Origin: Octopus bimaculoides
Taxonomy: Eukaryota
DNA length: 44,932 bases
Assembly (NCBI RefSeq): GCF_001194135.2
Contig: NC_068982.1
Location: forward strand, 41,258,510 to 41,303,441
Reading direction: 5' to 3'
The translations under genes were made by a program, and so were the position numbers. Below are positions 34,610 to 44,932 of this stretch, one piece after another. Numbering within the stretch: the first letter of the stretch is position 1; each line of letters opens with the position of its first letter. Below the pieces are notes generated by a model. The model made no database searches and was not told where the DNA came from. It saw only the letters and a program-made list of their open reading frames with translations.

Positions 34610-34860
34610 TAATAATAATAATAATCCTTTCTACTAAAAGCACAAGACCTGAAATTTTGGGGGAGGGGACTAGTTAATTACATCGACCCCAGTGTTTCAC
34701 TGGTACTTAATTTATTGACCCCAAAAGGATGAAAAGCAAAGTCGACCTTGGCGGAATTTGAACTCAGAATGTAGCGATGGACAAAATACTGTTAAGCATT
34801 TCTGCCAGCTCACTGCCTTCTTAATAATAGCAATAATAATCCTTTCTACTATATGCACAA
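34610..34860 (-). mobile_element. SINE family B copy with an (AAT)n tail, plus a second tail fragment
   Basis: ggatgaaaagcaaagtcgaccttggcggaatttgaactcag; aataataataatcctttctact occurs twice. Confidence 0.75.
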
Positions 34861-35094
34861 AGAAAAGAGCAAGGAATATTTTTGTCCAAAACATTTAATT
34901 TTTTTACACCTTTAATTTTATACCTTTTTAATTTTACACCTTTTTAATTTGACACCTTTTCAATTTTACACATTTAATTTTTTTCATAGGGAAAAGTTTC
35001 AGTAAAAATTTACTGAAAAAGGGCATGGAAATGAAGGGGTAAAATGCAATAACTTTAAATATTTTTGGACAAAAAATACCTTGACCTTTTCCTT
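34859..35094. mobile_element. MITE-like element with about 38-bp imperfect TIRs, an internal tandem repeat and a perfect hairpin
   Basis: aagaaaagagcaaggaatatttttgtccaaaa versus the reverse complement of ttttggacaaaaaataccttgaccttttcctt. About five (ttttaattttacacc)-like units. Hairpin TTTCAGTAAA-AA-TTTACTGAAA at 34997-35018. Confidence 0.55.
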
Positions 35095-36745
35095 CTCCAT
35101 AACATAGGGAAACCTATTCCAGAAGTTCACTGTCAATCAACTGTTATACCAGTCTTATGAGTGTAATAGTTGATTTACTATTTCTTTAGTGGTAAGGACA
35201 TGAGGCTTAGTGGTTAGAGTGTTGCATTTACAATCATAAAATTATAGGTTCAATTCCAGGACTGGGCAGTGCATTTTGTTTTTTGAGCAAAACACTTCAT
35301 TTCACATTGCTCTGCTGTCACTTTGACATCTGTTGTATGGTGCACAGTGCACCTTCACAGGCAATGTCAATTGGGTGGAGAGAGTCAGTTCATGCATACC
35401 ACAAGCATTTGAACAACTCAGACAAATACTAGAAGTAAGTAAATCAGAGAGTGTAATAAATCTTGAACTATTTCAAATATTAACACACACATGTAATTAG
35501 AAAACAGATTTTATGACCAGCTGCTTTTTCAAAGGCAACCTAATACGACAGCTGTTAACTCTACAACACACATTTTCAACCATGTCACAGATTATAATAG
35601 ATAATGACATTGAAACCCTGTGCTACAAAGAAAATTTTGTGAGTGAAATTCAATGCAAAAGTGAATGTATCATCATCATTATCATCATCATTTTACATCC
35701 ACCTGCCATGCTGGAATGGGTTCGACAGTTTGACAGGATCCGATGAGCTAAGGAACTATATCAAACTCCAACGTTTGCTTTGGCTGGTTTCTATGACTGG
35801 AAGCTCTTCCTAACACCAACCACTTTACAAAATGTATTTACACTATTTGTCTACAGAGAGGAATTTTATCCATGACAAGACACATTGAATGGTTTTAGTA
35901 CAGGTTTACAGGTTTGAATATGCCTGAAGCATATTTGAACTGGTGATAACCTATTTATACATATCACTGCTGACACTGTCACCCAATACTTTACAGAGCT
36001 TATGGAATGCAAGACAAAGAAAAAAGCTCCCTCAGCTGAGTGAAACTGCAGTAGAGAGGGTTGTGGCTTTATGACAAGTGTTGAGAGGCAAAAGTATAAT
36101 AGAGGGACAGGAAGAGGTATTTTGTTATAGATGAGATATGGCTACTTTGCATTATATAAAGGCAGATGGAAGTGGTTGGAAAGAGAGACAAAGATGGTGG
36201 TAAAGAGGTGTCAGGGTGTACTCTCAAGGTACAAGAAGACGAGTATAAGAGAGAATACAGACACAGGATTGGGAAGTGTAGGTTGGTAAGAGTGACAGGT
36301 GGTTAGAGTTGGAGGTAGAGCTGTATGTAGTAAATGGTGAACAAGAATGGAGGAATGGTTAATGATAAATATCAGTTTGAGGTGTAAGGTAAAAGACATA
36401 GGAATGGCTCAGGAAAAAGTATTACAGTGTGTGTATATGTGCTTGTTTGTGTTGTGTGTGTGTGTATAAGGGATGTAATGTTTGAAACTGCAGTACACAA
36501 CTAATTCTTTATTCTGTATATTTCTTCTTTTGTCTTGTTCTGGTGTTTTGCGAAGTTTTTCTGGAGAACATTATTTTTCTTTGTGGTTGGGTCGTTGATG
36601 ACCTCTTTCTAGCATATTGGATATCCACCTAGTGGTCATCCCTTATACACGTGTAATACAATTTTTTCTGAATTTTCAGATTTTTTTATATGCAAGGCCA
36701 CTTGGTTTTAAATTGAATTAATATTCAATTTATCACCCTATCTAT

Positions 36746-36786
<41 letters not shown>

Positions 36787-37589
36787 CTTTCTCAGTTCTA
36801 CAGCCCCACCCCCAACTATTAACACCTGCTGTCAAACTCAACAACAACGACCGTCCTTCACAATACTACCCATCCTGCACTTTCTCACTCACCTGATTCT
36901 ACTTCTACTTCTCTCAATACCCTAATTACTCACCCCTCCTTCTTCTTGCCCTTCCTTGCTTCAACACTCCCCACATGCCCCTCAAGCCACCTACTTCTTT
37001 ACTCCACTTACTTCTATTGGCTTTCCTCTTCACACATTTTACTTTTAAATTTCCCTGCATTATGATTTGAAATGTTAGGTACTTATGTCTCCACCCTGAA
37101 TACGCTGACTGGATTTACCTAATGTTTATATGCTTCCACTATTAGTTGCACATCCATGACTTTTTGAAAACTACTCTCGTCAACATTAATGCCTAATTCC
37201 AAACCCCCAGAAACAGCTGTTGGACCTGTAAAACCATACTTTCTCCCCTGAAATTTGTGTCTTTGTACTCTGTGTGAGCCTGTTCTGTTAATATATAGAT
37301 ATTGCTATATTTATACACACACACACAAGATGAACTTCTTTTAGTTTCTGTCAACCAAATCCAATCACAAGTCTTTGATCAGCCTGGGCTATTGTAGAAG
37401 ACATTTGCTCAAGGTGCCACATTGGAACTGAACCAAGAACTATGTGGTTGGGAAACAAGCTTCTCACCAACAGCCACACCTGTGCCCATAGCATGGAAAA
37501 ATTTATGCAAAATTTTTTTCATAAAACTAAAAATAAAAGTAAAAGTGTGTGTATAAATGATAGCAGTGCATTCACCCTCACTGATGTCA

Positions 37590-38410
37590 AGAAGAAAAAG
37601 GTATAAAAACGCTAATCTGAGAAGTTGCTAAATGAGGAGAATACATAAAAGAGAGAAATAAGAAGTGGGGGAGGGGTCCCAATAGTGGGACCAGCTACTG
37701 AAGTTGATAGCAATACAGTCAAAGATGGGGCCATTAAGAATATGAAGGTACAGAAAATATCTGACCATCTGGGAGGATTGCTGAAATGCTGAAAAATATC
37801 CAGCAAAGTAGGAGATAATTTGCTCGCTTGCATAATCAAATGGGTAATACAAAGAAGTGTATTCCCAATGACTGGCATAGCAGTCTCTTAGTCAACTACT
37901 ACAAAGGCAAAGGAGGTGCTCTTAAAAGAAACAACTGCAGCAGTATCAAATTGATGGACAAATTATGACTGTAGCAAAAAAAGTTATAGCACAAATAATT
38001 AGGAAGAGAATGAACTTGAATAAGCAGCAGTTCAGTTTGTACTGAGACATCATACTGAGACAGTTTGTACTGAGTCATTGTGCCAACAATAGTCACTTCC
38101 AAGTGAGACAACTATAGGAGACATTCCTAGCTAAGAGCAAGCCACTCTATACAGCATTTAGTGAGTTGGCCTTTGGTAGTGGTACATGTTCTGTACTTTG
38201 TTGGTTACTAAGAAAACTTGTTGCAGATGAATGGCTTCAGCTGTATACATTAACAAAGTGGGAACAATGAATTTATTAAGGAATGAAGCACTCATCAAGA
38301 CTCAGTTCTCAGGAACTTTTGTATATTGATAACCTAGTTCTCATAGCAAAGTCTGTCAAAACATTGAATTTAGAATCAGGAGGCCTTAAATTGAACCAAG
38401 TAACCTTGAA
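37590..38410 (+). mobile_element. Decayed RTE reverse transcriptase fragment
   Basis: Remnants PNDWHSSLLVNYYKGKGGALKRNNCSSIKLMDK, IAQIIRKRM, FLAKSKPLYTAF and ELLYIDNLVLIAKS (YADD decayed to YIDN). Confidence 0.8.
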
Positions 38411-38476
38411 GAGGAATAGATATTTTGTGATCTCAAACTCAGCCATCATAAAATATAAAAAGTAGTGGTTAGTTAC

Positions 38477-38639
38477 CTCAACAATATTATAAAATACGTA
38501 GAGCTTCAATACAGCTTGGCCACGTATAATGTGATACATCATTGAGATATCCAAATAGTTGAGGATGAAACAACTTAGCACTATGATTATGCCCTTGAGG
38601 ATATCGCATGTCTGAGAAGGCTCTAATATTTTCCTGGAT
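38477..38639 (-). CDS. TAPT1: TAPT1 coding exon, 163 nt (SRKILEPSQTCDILKGIIIVLSCFILNYLDISMMYHIIRGQAVLKLYVFYNIVE)
   Basis: ttttgcag|A acceptor and GAG|gtaact donor. Phase 2 in, phase 0 out, fitting both neighbours. Matches the human CDILKG...SMMYHLIRGQSVIKLYIIYNMLE motif. Confidence 0.96.
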
Positions 38640-39325
38640 CTGCAAAAGCAAAAAAAAAACAACAATAAAAGAACAATCAATAAAAAATGTGAACAAGGGT
38701 ATTAACAATGTTGGTAAAGGATACTGTAGACATTAGTAGAAAGCTGAAATTATTACAGTGGATCTCCCATACTCATACTACACTTAACCTAAAACCATTA
38801 ACAAACTTAAATCATTCAATTTAGATCATTTATCTTAGAGCAACTTACAAATTCAACTTCCAAAATGTTAACTACTTAATTCAAAATAACTTCTAAATCC
38901 TAAATTTATCAAAATATTCAATTCAAAAGCAAGCCAGACCCAACCAACATGATACACACCAAGTCAAGCAAATTGACTACAACACAGCAATTCTAGATAA
39001 ACTTTGGTCGGATTCAAAAATCAAAAGTGCAAATGACCCAAAAAGCTGATCAAATGTTTAAAATCACATCATCATTTAACGTCTGTGCTTCATGCTGGCA
39101 TGGGTTGGAGAGTTTGACAGAATCCAATGGGTCCAAGAACCACATCATGCTCCAGTGTCTGCTTAGGAAGAGCATCCAGCCCTTCCTAACACCAACCATG
39201 TTACAATGTATACTACATGCTTTTTCCATACCACTGGCACTAGTGAGTCTGCCATGCAGCTTGGAAGACTATAAAAACCCCAGTGGCATTTATGCAAGGA
39301 GATGCAAGGAGATGAGGATATAGAG

Positions 39326-39660
39326 TAGTGGTTCTCAACCAGTGTTCATATGACCCCTGGGGATCCATGTAAGATTTTGGAGGGTCCATGCTAGCAAAAT
39401 AGTAAATTGGGGATCCACAGTAGTATTTTGAGGACCTATGTACAGTTTTCATTTAAATGTATGTATTGTAAGAAACAGCTAGGTTTATTTCTCTAATGTT
39501 TAACATGGTTCAATCTATACAAGTTAATGTGTAACAAAATAGGAATTTTGAAAGAAGTATCTATAAAAGTAGTTTTTAAATTGAATGGCAATGAGGATCC
39601 TCCAGAATAAAATAGTAATGAAAAAGGGGTCCATAGGTAAAACATGGTTGAGAACCACAG
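39326..39660. mobile_element. hAT (Charlie-like) MITE, 335 bp
   Basis: TIRs tAGTGGTTCTCAACC / GGTTGAGAACCACaG. Decayed 8-bp TSD ATATAGAG / GTAGAGAG (6 of 8 match). A partial related copy lies at about 3490-3640. Confidence 0.8.
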
Positions 39661-40169
39661 GTAGAGAGGAGGGAAAGAGGGAGGAAGGGAGAGGAGAAGG
39701 TACAAGCAGATTCTTGTGAAGGAGCTACATGGTTATTTATCTTTAGGAGAGAGAAAATAATCAGTAAGAACTGCAAGTTCAGACATTTCCTCAGGGAATA
39801 TAATTCTTGCAGACCTTTACCTTTGTATTATAACAATGGATTTATAAATTAAATGGTTTTGGGTAATAACAGTGAACACAAAAAGGCTGAACATGAAGAG
39901 CAAGTACAAAAAATAAAAAAATAAAAAAAACATAAAAATCAGAATATCAATAGTTTGAAAGACCAAAAACTCAGAATATTAAGTACCATAATACTGAAAG
40001 ATCAAAAACTCTGAATTCTGAAATATTATAGGGAAAATAATGATAAATATGGCCTTAAAAGAAATATACAGTTTCAAAATGGAGTTTATTTAAGAAACAT
40101 CATAATATAATTACTTTAAAAATTGTTGATTGCAGGGATATAATATCAAAGGTGTAAGTGAGAACATAA

Positions 40170-40520
40170 ATCTTTTACTTGTTTCAGTCATTGGGCCTTG
40201 AAGGGTTTAGTTGAATGCAGCATCTCTAAGTACTTATGTTTATAAGTATGGTACTTAATCTGTTAGTCTCTTTTGTCGAAACCATTAAGTTATGGGAATG
40301 TAAATAAACCAACCCTGGTCAGCAAGCAATGTGTGCATGTGTGGAGAGATCCATGAAGACATACACATATTCTGTACACAACAGGCTTCTGCATAGTTTC
40401 TGTCTAGCACATTCACTCACAAGGCATTGGTCAATGTAAGGCTATAGTAGAAGACACCTACCCAAGGTTCCATGCAGTAGAATTGAACCCCAAACCATGT
40501 AGTTACAAAGAGAGCTTCTT
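40170..40520 (-). mobile_element. SINE family A copy (reverse, diverged)
   Basis: cttttacttgtttcagtcatt...cactcacaaggcattgg...gtagaagacacc motifs. Confidence 0.7.
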
Positions 40521-40584
40521 AACCACATAGTCAGGCCTACACCTAGACCTGATATTTTCTTCTTTTTTTTCATATTTCCAGTCT

Positions 40585-41010
40585 TCAAGGCAGTGAGCTG
40601 GTAGAAACATTAGCGAAATGCTTAGCGGTATTTCGTCTGCTGCTACGTTCTGAGTTCAAATTTCGCCAAGGTCAACTTAGCCTTTCATCCTTTCGGGGTC
40701 GATTAAATAAGTACCAGTTACGCACTGGGGTCGATGTAATCGACTTAATCCCTTTGTCTGTCTTTGTTTGTCCCCTCTATGTTTAGTCCCTTCTTGTCAA
40801 TAAAGAAATAAGAAACATTAGCAAGCCAGGTGGAATGATTAGCAGTATTTTGTCTGTCTTTACATTCTGGGTTCAAATTCCACCGAGGTTGACTTTGCCT
40901 TTCATCCTTTCGAGGTCAATAAATTAAGTACCAGTTGCATACTGGGTCAATCTAATCAACTGCCCCCCACTCCCCAAAAATTTCAGGCTTTATGCCTAGA
41001 GTAGAAAAGA
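40585..41010 (+). mobile_element. Two tandem SINE family B copies (tRNA head plus gcctttcatcctttcggggtcgat domain, MetaSINE-like)
   Basis: B box gagttcaaatt and the central domain ctttgcctttcatcctttcg..gtc.at.aa.taagtaccagtt repeated twice. The MetaSINE assignment is from memory. Confidence 0.7.
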
Positions 41011-41069
41011 ATATTTCCATTCTTTAAGTTCTTTCATTATTGAATATTTTCCTTCTTTATTCTTTTCAA

Positions 41070-41359
41070 TACAAGTGGCTGTGTAGTAAGTAGCTTGCTT
41101 ACCNNNNNNNNNNNNNNNNNNNNNNNNNNNNNNNNNNNNNNNNNNNNNNNNNNNNNNNNNNNNNNNNNNNNNNNNNNNNNNNNNNNNNNNNNNNNNNNNN
41201 NNNNNNNNNNNNNNNNNNNNNNNNNNNNNNNNNNNNNNNNNNNNNNNNNNNNNNNNNNNNNNNNNNNNNNNNNNNNNNNNNNNNNNNNNNNNNNNNNNNN
41301 NNNNNNNNNNNNNNNNNNNNNNNNNNNNNNNNNNNNNNNNNNNNNNNNNNNNNNNNNNN

Positions 41360-41412
<53 letters not shown>

Positions 41413-41612
41413 CTGTGTTTGTCCCCCACCATCGCTTGACAAGCAATGGTGGTGTGTTTACGTCCCCGTAACTTAGCGGTTCGGCAAAAGAGACCGATAA
41501 AATAAGTACTAGTCTTACAAAGAATAAGTCCTGGGGTCGATTTGCTCGACTAAAGGCAGTGCTCCAGCATGGCCGCAGTCAAATGATTCAAACAAGTAAA
41601 AGAGTAAAAGAG
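41070..41612 (+). mobile_element. SINE family A copy (young) spanning a gap
   Basis: The 3' half is nearly identical to 18420-18612. Confidence 0.85.
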
Positions 41613-42583
41613 TATACAAATGGTCAAAAGGTTGAACTTCGATAGACTATAGTGGAAGAATGGAGGCGAAGGAAAATAAGATTGAACGAGAGAGGGTTGA
41701 ATGCAAGGACTAATTTCATCATTATAATCATTTAATGTCTGCTTTCCATGCTGGCATGGGTTAGATGGTTTGACTGGAACCGGTAAGTTGATTTGCCAGT
41801 CTGATTTGGCATGGTTTCTAGGGTTGAATGCCCTCCCTAACACCAACCACTCCAAGAGTGTAATGGGTGCATTTTACATATAACCAGTACAGCAGCCATT
41901 AAAGTTCATTCTTCTGATCATTCATATTTATATTTGTAATGAAATAAAAGAATGTATTCAAGAGTATTTAAATAATGGAAATATTTGATAGATAAACTGT
42001 GTTTTCACTTCTGTCTTCCATATATCTCTGCAACACAATTTTTTTTCTAAGTAAATAAATTACATGTTCCTCACATAAACTCCTTTTTAATTCTTTCACT
42101 GCAAAATAAAATTTCATAATTATTTCAGTAATAATGTCAAATATTTACAAAAATGGAAAAAAGAAAGAAAAAAAAAGACCCCTCCCCGCAAAAAACAGAG
42201 TTGAGATTTTCTACAAATCACATGGCCTCAATAAACTTGATATATCTCAATAGAAAATGGTTTCAAACATGACATTCCTCAACAAAAGGTAGGTTGGTAT
42301 ATAAAAACAACTTTCCACAGATAAGAGCAATGACATTTTGAATGGATATATCTGCTGTCTGCAGTAAAAGGGTTAAAACTATGTCAATGTTTTTTTGGGG
42401 TTTTTTTCTAAGACTGTTTTTCTTATTTTACTGGAAAAATATTTCAAAATTCAGAGTTTTTTTCATGGTTTTTGGTATTCTGAGTTTTTGATCTTTCAAG
42501 CTGTCAAGCTTTTGATATTCTAACTTTTCGGTCTTTTAAAATGTAGCCTTTTTGTGTTTGCTCTTATGACTGACTGTCTGCCA

Positions 42584-42630
<47 letters not shown>

Positions 42631-43554
42631 CAGACAGAATAGGCTTCTTTCAGTTTCCATCTATCAAATCCACTCCCCAAATCGACCCCAATGCTCAACT
42701 GGTACTTATTTTATCAACCCTGGCAGAATTCAGACCTAGAATGTAACAACAGACGATGTACTGCTAAGCATTTTGCCCAGCATCTGCCAGCTCGCCACTT
42801 TTACTTGATAGTATATTACGGTTACATAATGAAATGAGGTGTCCTTACTAACGATTAATAATTATATTAATTTCCAATGGAGTGTTTAGGCTATGGACAC
42901 AAGCTGACTTTTTTTTACTAGAACATAACATTACAAAAATTATAAACTTATATAATTATTTTCCTTTATTTTTCCTTGCATTATAAACCATCATCAGCAT
43001 CATTGTTTTAATGTCCACTTTGTCATGCTTGCATGGTTTGGACAGGATTTGTTCAGGCAGATTTTCCGTGATCAACCCTCACTTGTTTTCAAATAAGAAT
43101 ATTTCCCCATGATCTGACATGTTTTCATGGAAGATTGGAAATGAAGGACACCAATTCCATATGACAGTGAAACTCATTGACATCTATCATGAAAAAATCA
43201 AAGCAAGTAGATAGTAAGACATACAATGAGCTTCTTTTCAGTTTCCATCTACCAAATCCACTCACAAGGCTTTGCTCAGCTTGAGTCTGTAGTAGAAGAC
43301 ACTTGCTCAAAGTACCATGCAATGGAACTGAACCCAAAACCACATGGTTGGGAAGCAAACCTCTTATCACACAGCCATGCTTGTGCACAAACAATTATGA
43401 TAAAAATAGTGGCTTAAGATTCCATCCGAATAACTGGTTATTTAATTTTATAACAGAGGAAGCCAGATTTTACTGTTTTGAGAAAAGCATCGCATGTTGA
43501 TTTCAGTTTAAATGTTGCAAAAAACATGTTTTAAAAATGTTGAATATATATAAA

Positions 43555-43930
43555 GGTGCAGGCATGGCAGTGTGGTAAGTAGCTTGCTTACCAACCACAT
43601 GGTTCCAGGTTCAGTCATACTGCGTGACACCTTGCGCAAGTGTCTTCTACTATAGCCTTGGGCCGACCAAGGACTTGTTGAATGGATTTCGTAGACGGAA
43701 ACTGAAAGAAGCCCGTCGTGTGTATATTATATATATATATATATATATATNNNNNNNNNNTGACGACCGATGTTGGCGTGTTTACATCCCCTTAACTTAG
43801 CGGTTCGGCAAAAGAGACCGATAGGATAAGTACTAGGCTTACAAAGAATAATCTCTGGGGTTGATTTGTTCAACTGAAAGCAGTGCTCCAGCATGGCCGC
43901 AGTCAAATGACTGAAACAAATAAAAGAATA
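43555..43930 (+). mobile_element. SINE family A copy (young)
   Basis: Complete head ggtgcaggcatggcagtgtggtaagtagc and tail. Confidence 0.85.
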
Positions 43931-44159
43931 AATATTATTTCTAGTTCCTTTATTCATTTTACACACACACACACCTAAAATCCTCATCAACACTTAGCAT
44001 CTGTTTTCCATGCTGGCATAAGTTGGATGGTTTGACAAGGACTGATGAGATACAGAGCTGCATCAGGTTCCAAATGAAAATGAATGAATGAAATGAATAT
44101 TTGAAAACAGGGACCTGTAATCAAACATACACACAATAAAAGTTTCTACTCACCCATAC

Positions 44160-44278
44160 ATAAAAAAACCACAAGGATGGGTTAAAAGTTTGAGCAAAGC
44201 TAGACATATCCGCAGTGGAAGGAATGTAAAGATGAAAAGGAAGGCATCAACACACTGGAAGAACCCATAGATGACAAA
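44160..44278 (-). CDS. TAPT1: TAPT1 internal coding exon (first in window; FVIYGFFQCVDAFLFIFTFLPLRICLALLKLLTHPCGFF)
   Basis: Acceptor ttttttatttcag|TTT at 44278. The peptide matches the TAPT1 N-terminal TM segment (human ...CLDAFLYVFTLLPLRVFLALFRLLTLPC). Donor AT|GTATGG at 44160 gives 119 nt; an alternative in-frame donor G|GTGAGT lies at 44154. Confidence 0.93.
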
Positions 44279-44888
44279 CTGAAATAAAAAAGAGAAACAT
44301 TTATAGTTAAAAGAAAACAAAAGAGAAACTATAATCATGCAGTACTTTTACAGCAAGAAACCTGTTCTGCTCTGGCCATTTTCTCTCATACTTTATCTCA
44401 TGTAGCAAAAAGTATCCCACCACCACCACCACCACCACATGCACCTTGGGACTTATAGTTTTGCAAGCTGCATGGCAGCCTCAATGACGCTGGTGGCATA
44501 TAAAAAGCATCCAGTACATACTGTAATGTGGTTGGCATTAGGAAAGACATCTAGCTGTAGAAATCATGCTAATGCAGATACTGGAACATGGTGCAGTCTA
44601 TGGCCCCATCGGATCCTGTCAAATGATGATGATAATAGTGCTTTGCTGAAGAGGTGTAATAAACCCAAAACATGAGCAATATAATCTCTTGTAGTCACCA
44701 ATATGATTAAAATTTTTTTTTTTAATACACCCAGGCCTATTCCCCATTTTTTAAAAGGAGGAATTAGCCACAACAAGACACACACTAGGAATTCCATTCA
44801 TTTCCCAGCTCAAAGAGGCGAGCTCCATTCTTAATAATTAATGATGTACTAAATAACACGTAATCTGTAATGTATAATCTAATATAAG

Positions 44889-44893
<5 letters not shown>

Positions 44894-44932
<39 letters not shown>
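44894..44932. repeat. (TA)n microsatellite
   Basis: Seen directly. Confidence 0.95.

Noticed and set aside
38716-38724. GTATCCTTT (U12 GT-type donor consensus) on the minus strand 85 nt upstream of an acceptor
   Set aside because: No U12 branch site near the acceptor and no plausible upstream exon. One 9-mer hit in about 90 kb of both strands is unremarkable.

Overview
AT-rich, repeat-dense animal genomic DNA with assembly gaps. The SINE, RTE and MITE repertoire looks octopod (e.g. Octopus bimaculoides); this is from pattern recognition, not a search. One protein-coding gene is supported: TAPT1 on the minus strand. Nine coding exons (44278 down to the stop at 10310) were reconstructed by eye and join into one open frame of 1830 nt (609 aa plus stop). 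The first exons and promoter lie beyond the right edge. One intron (34255->30667) is a minor-spliceosome AT-AC intron, and the last exon encodes a long Pro/Ser/Thr-rich tail. The introns and flank contain tRNA-derived SINEs, decayed RTE LINEs, Tc1/mariner relics, piggyBac- and hAT-type MITEs, a foldback element and a Penelope-like fragment. The most striking non-coding signal is a near-intact type I hammerhead ribozyme on the TAPT1 sense strand about 1.5 kb past the stop codon. It is followed at once by AATAAA and preceded by a 30-nt antisense copy of its own 5' half that could switch it off. A second, degenerate hammerhead follows the Penelope GIY-YIG fragment. Repeat boundaries are approximate (tens of bp); TAPT1 exon boundaries were read base by base. 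Comparisons with human TAPT1 are from memory.
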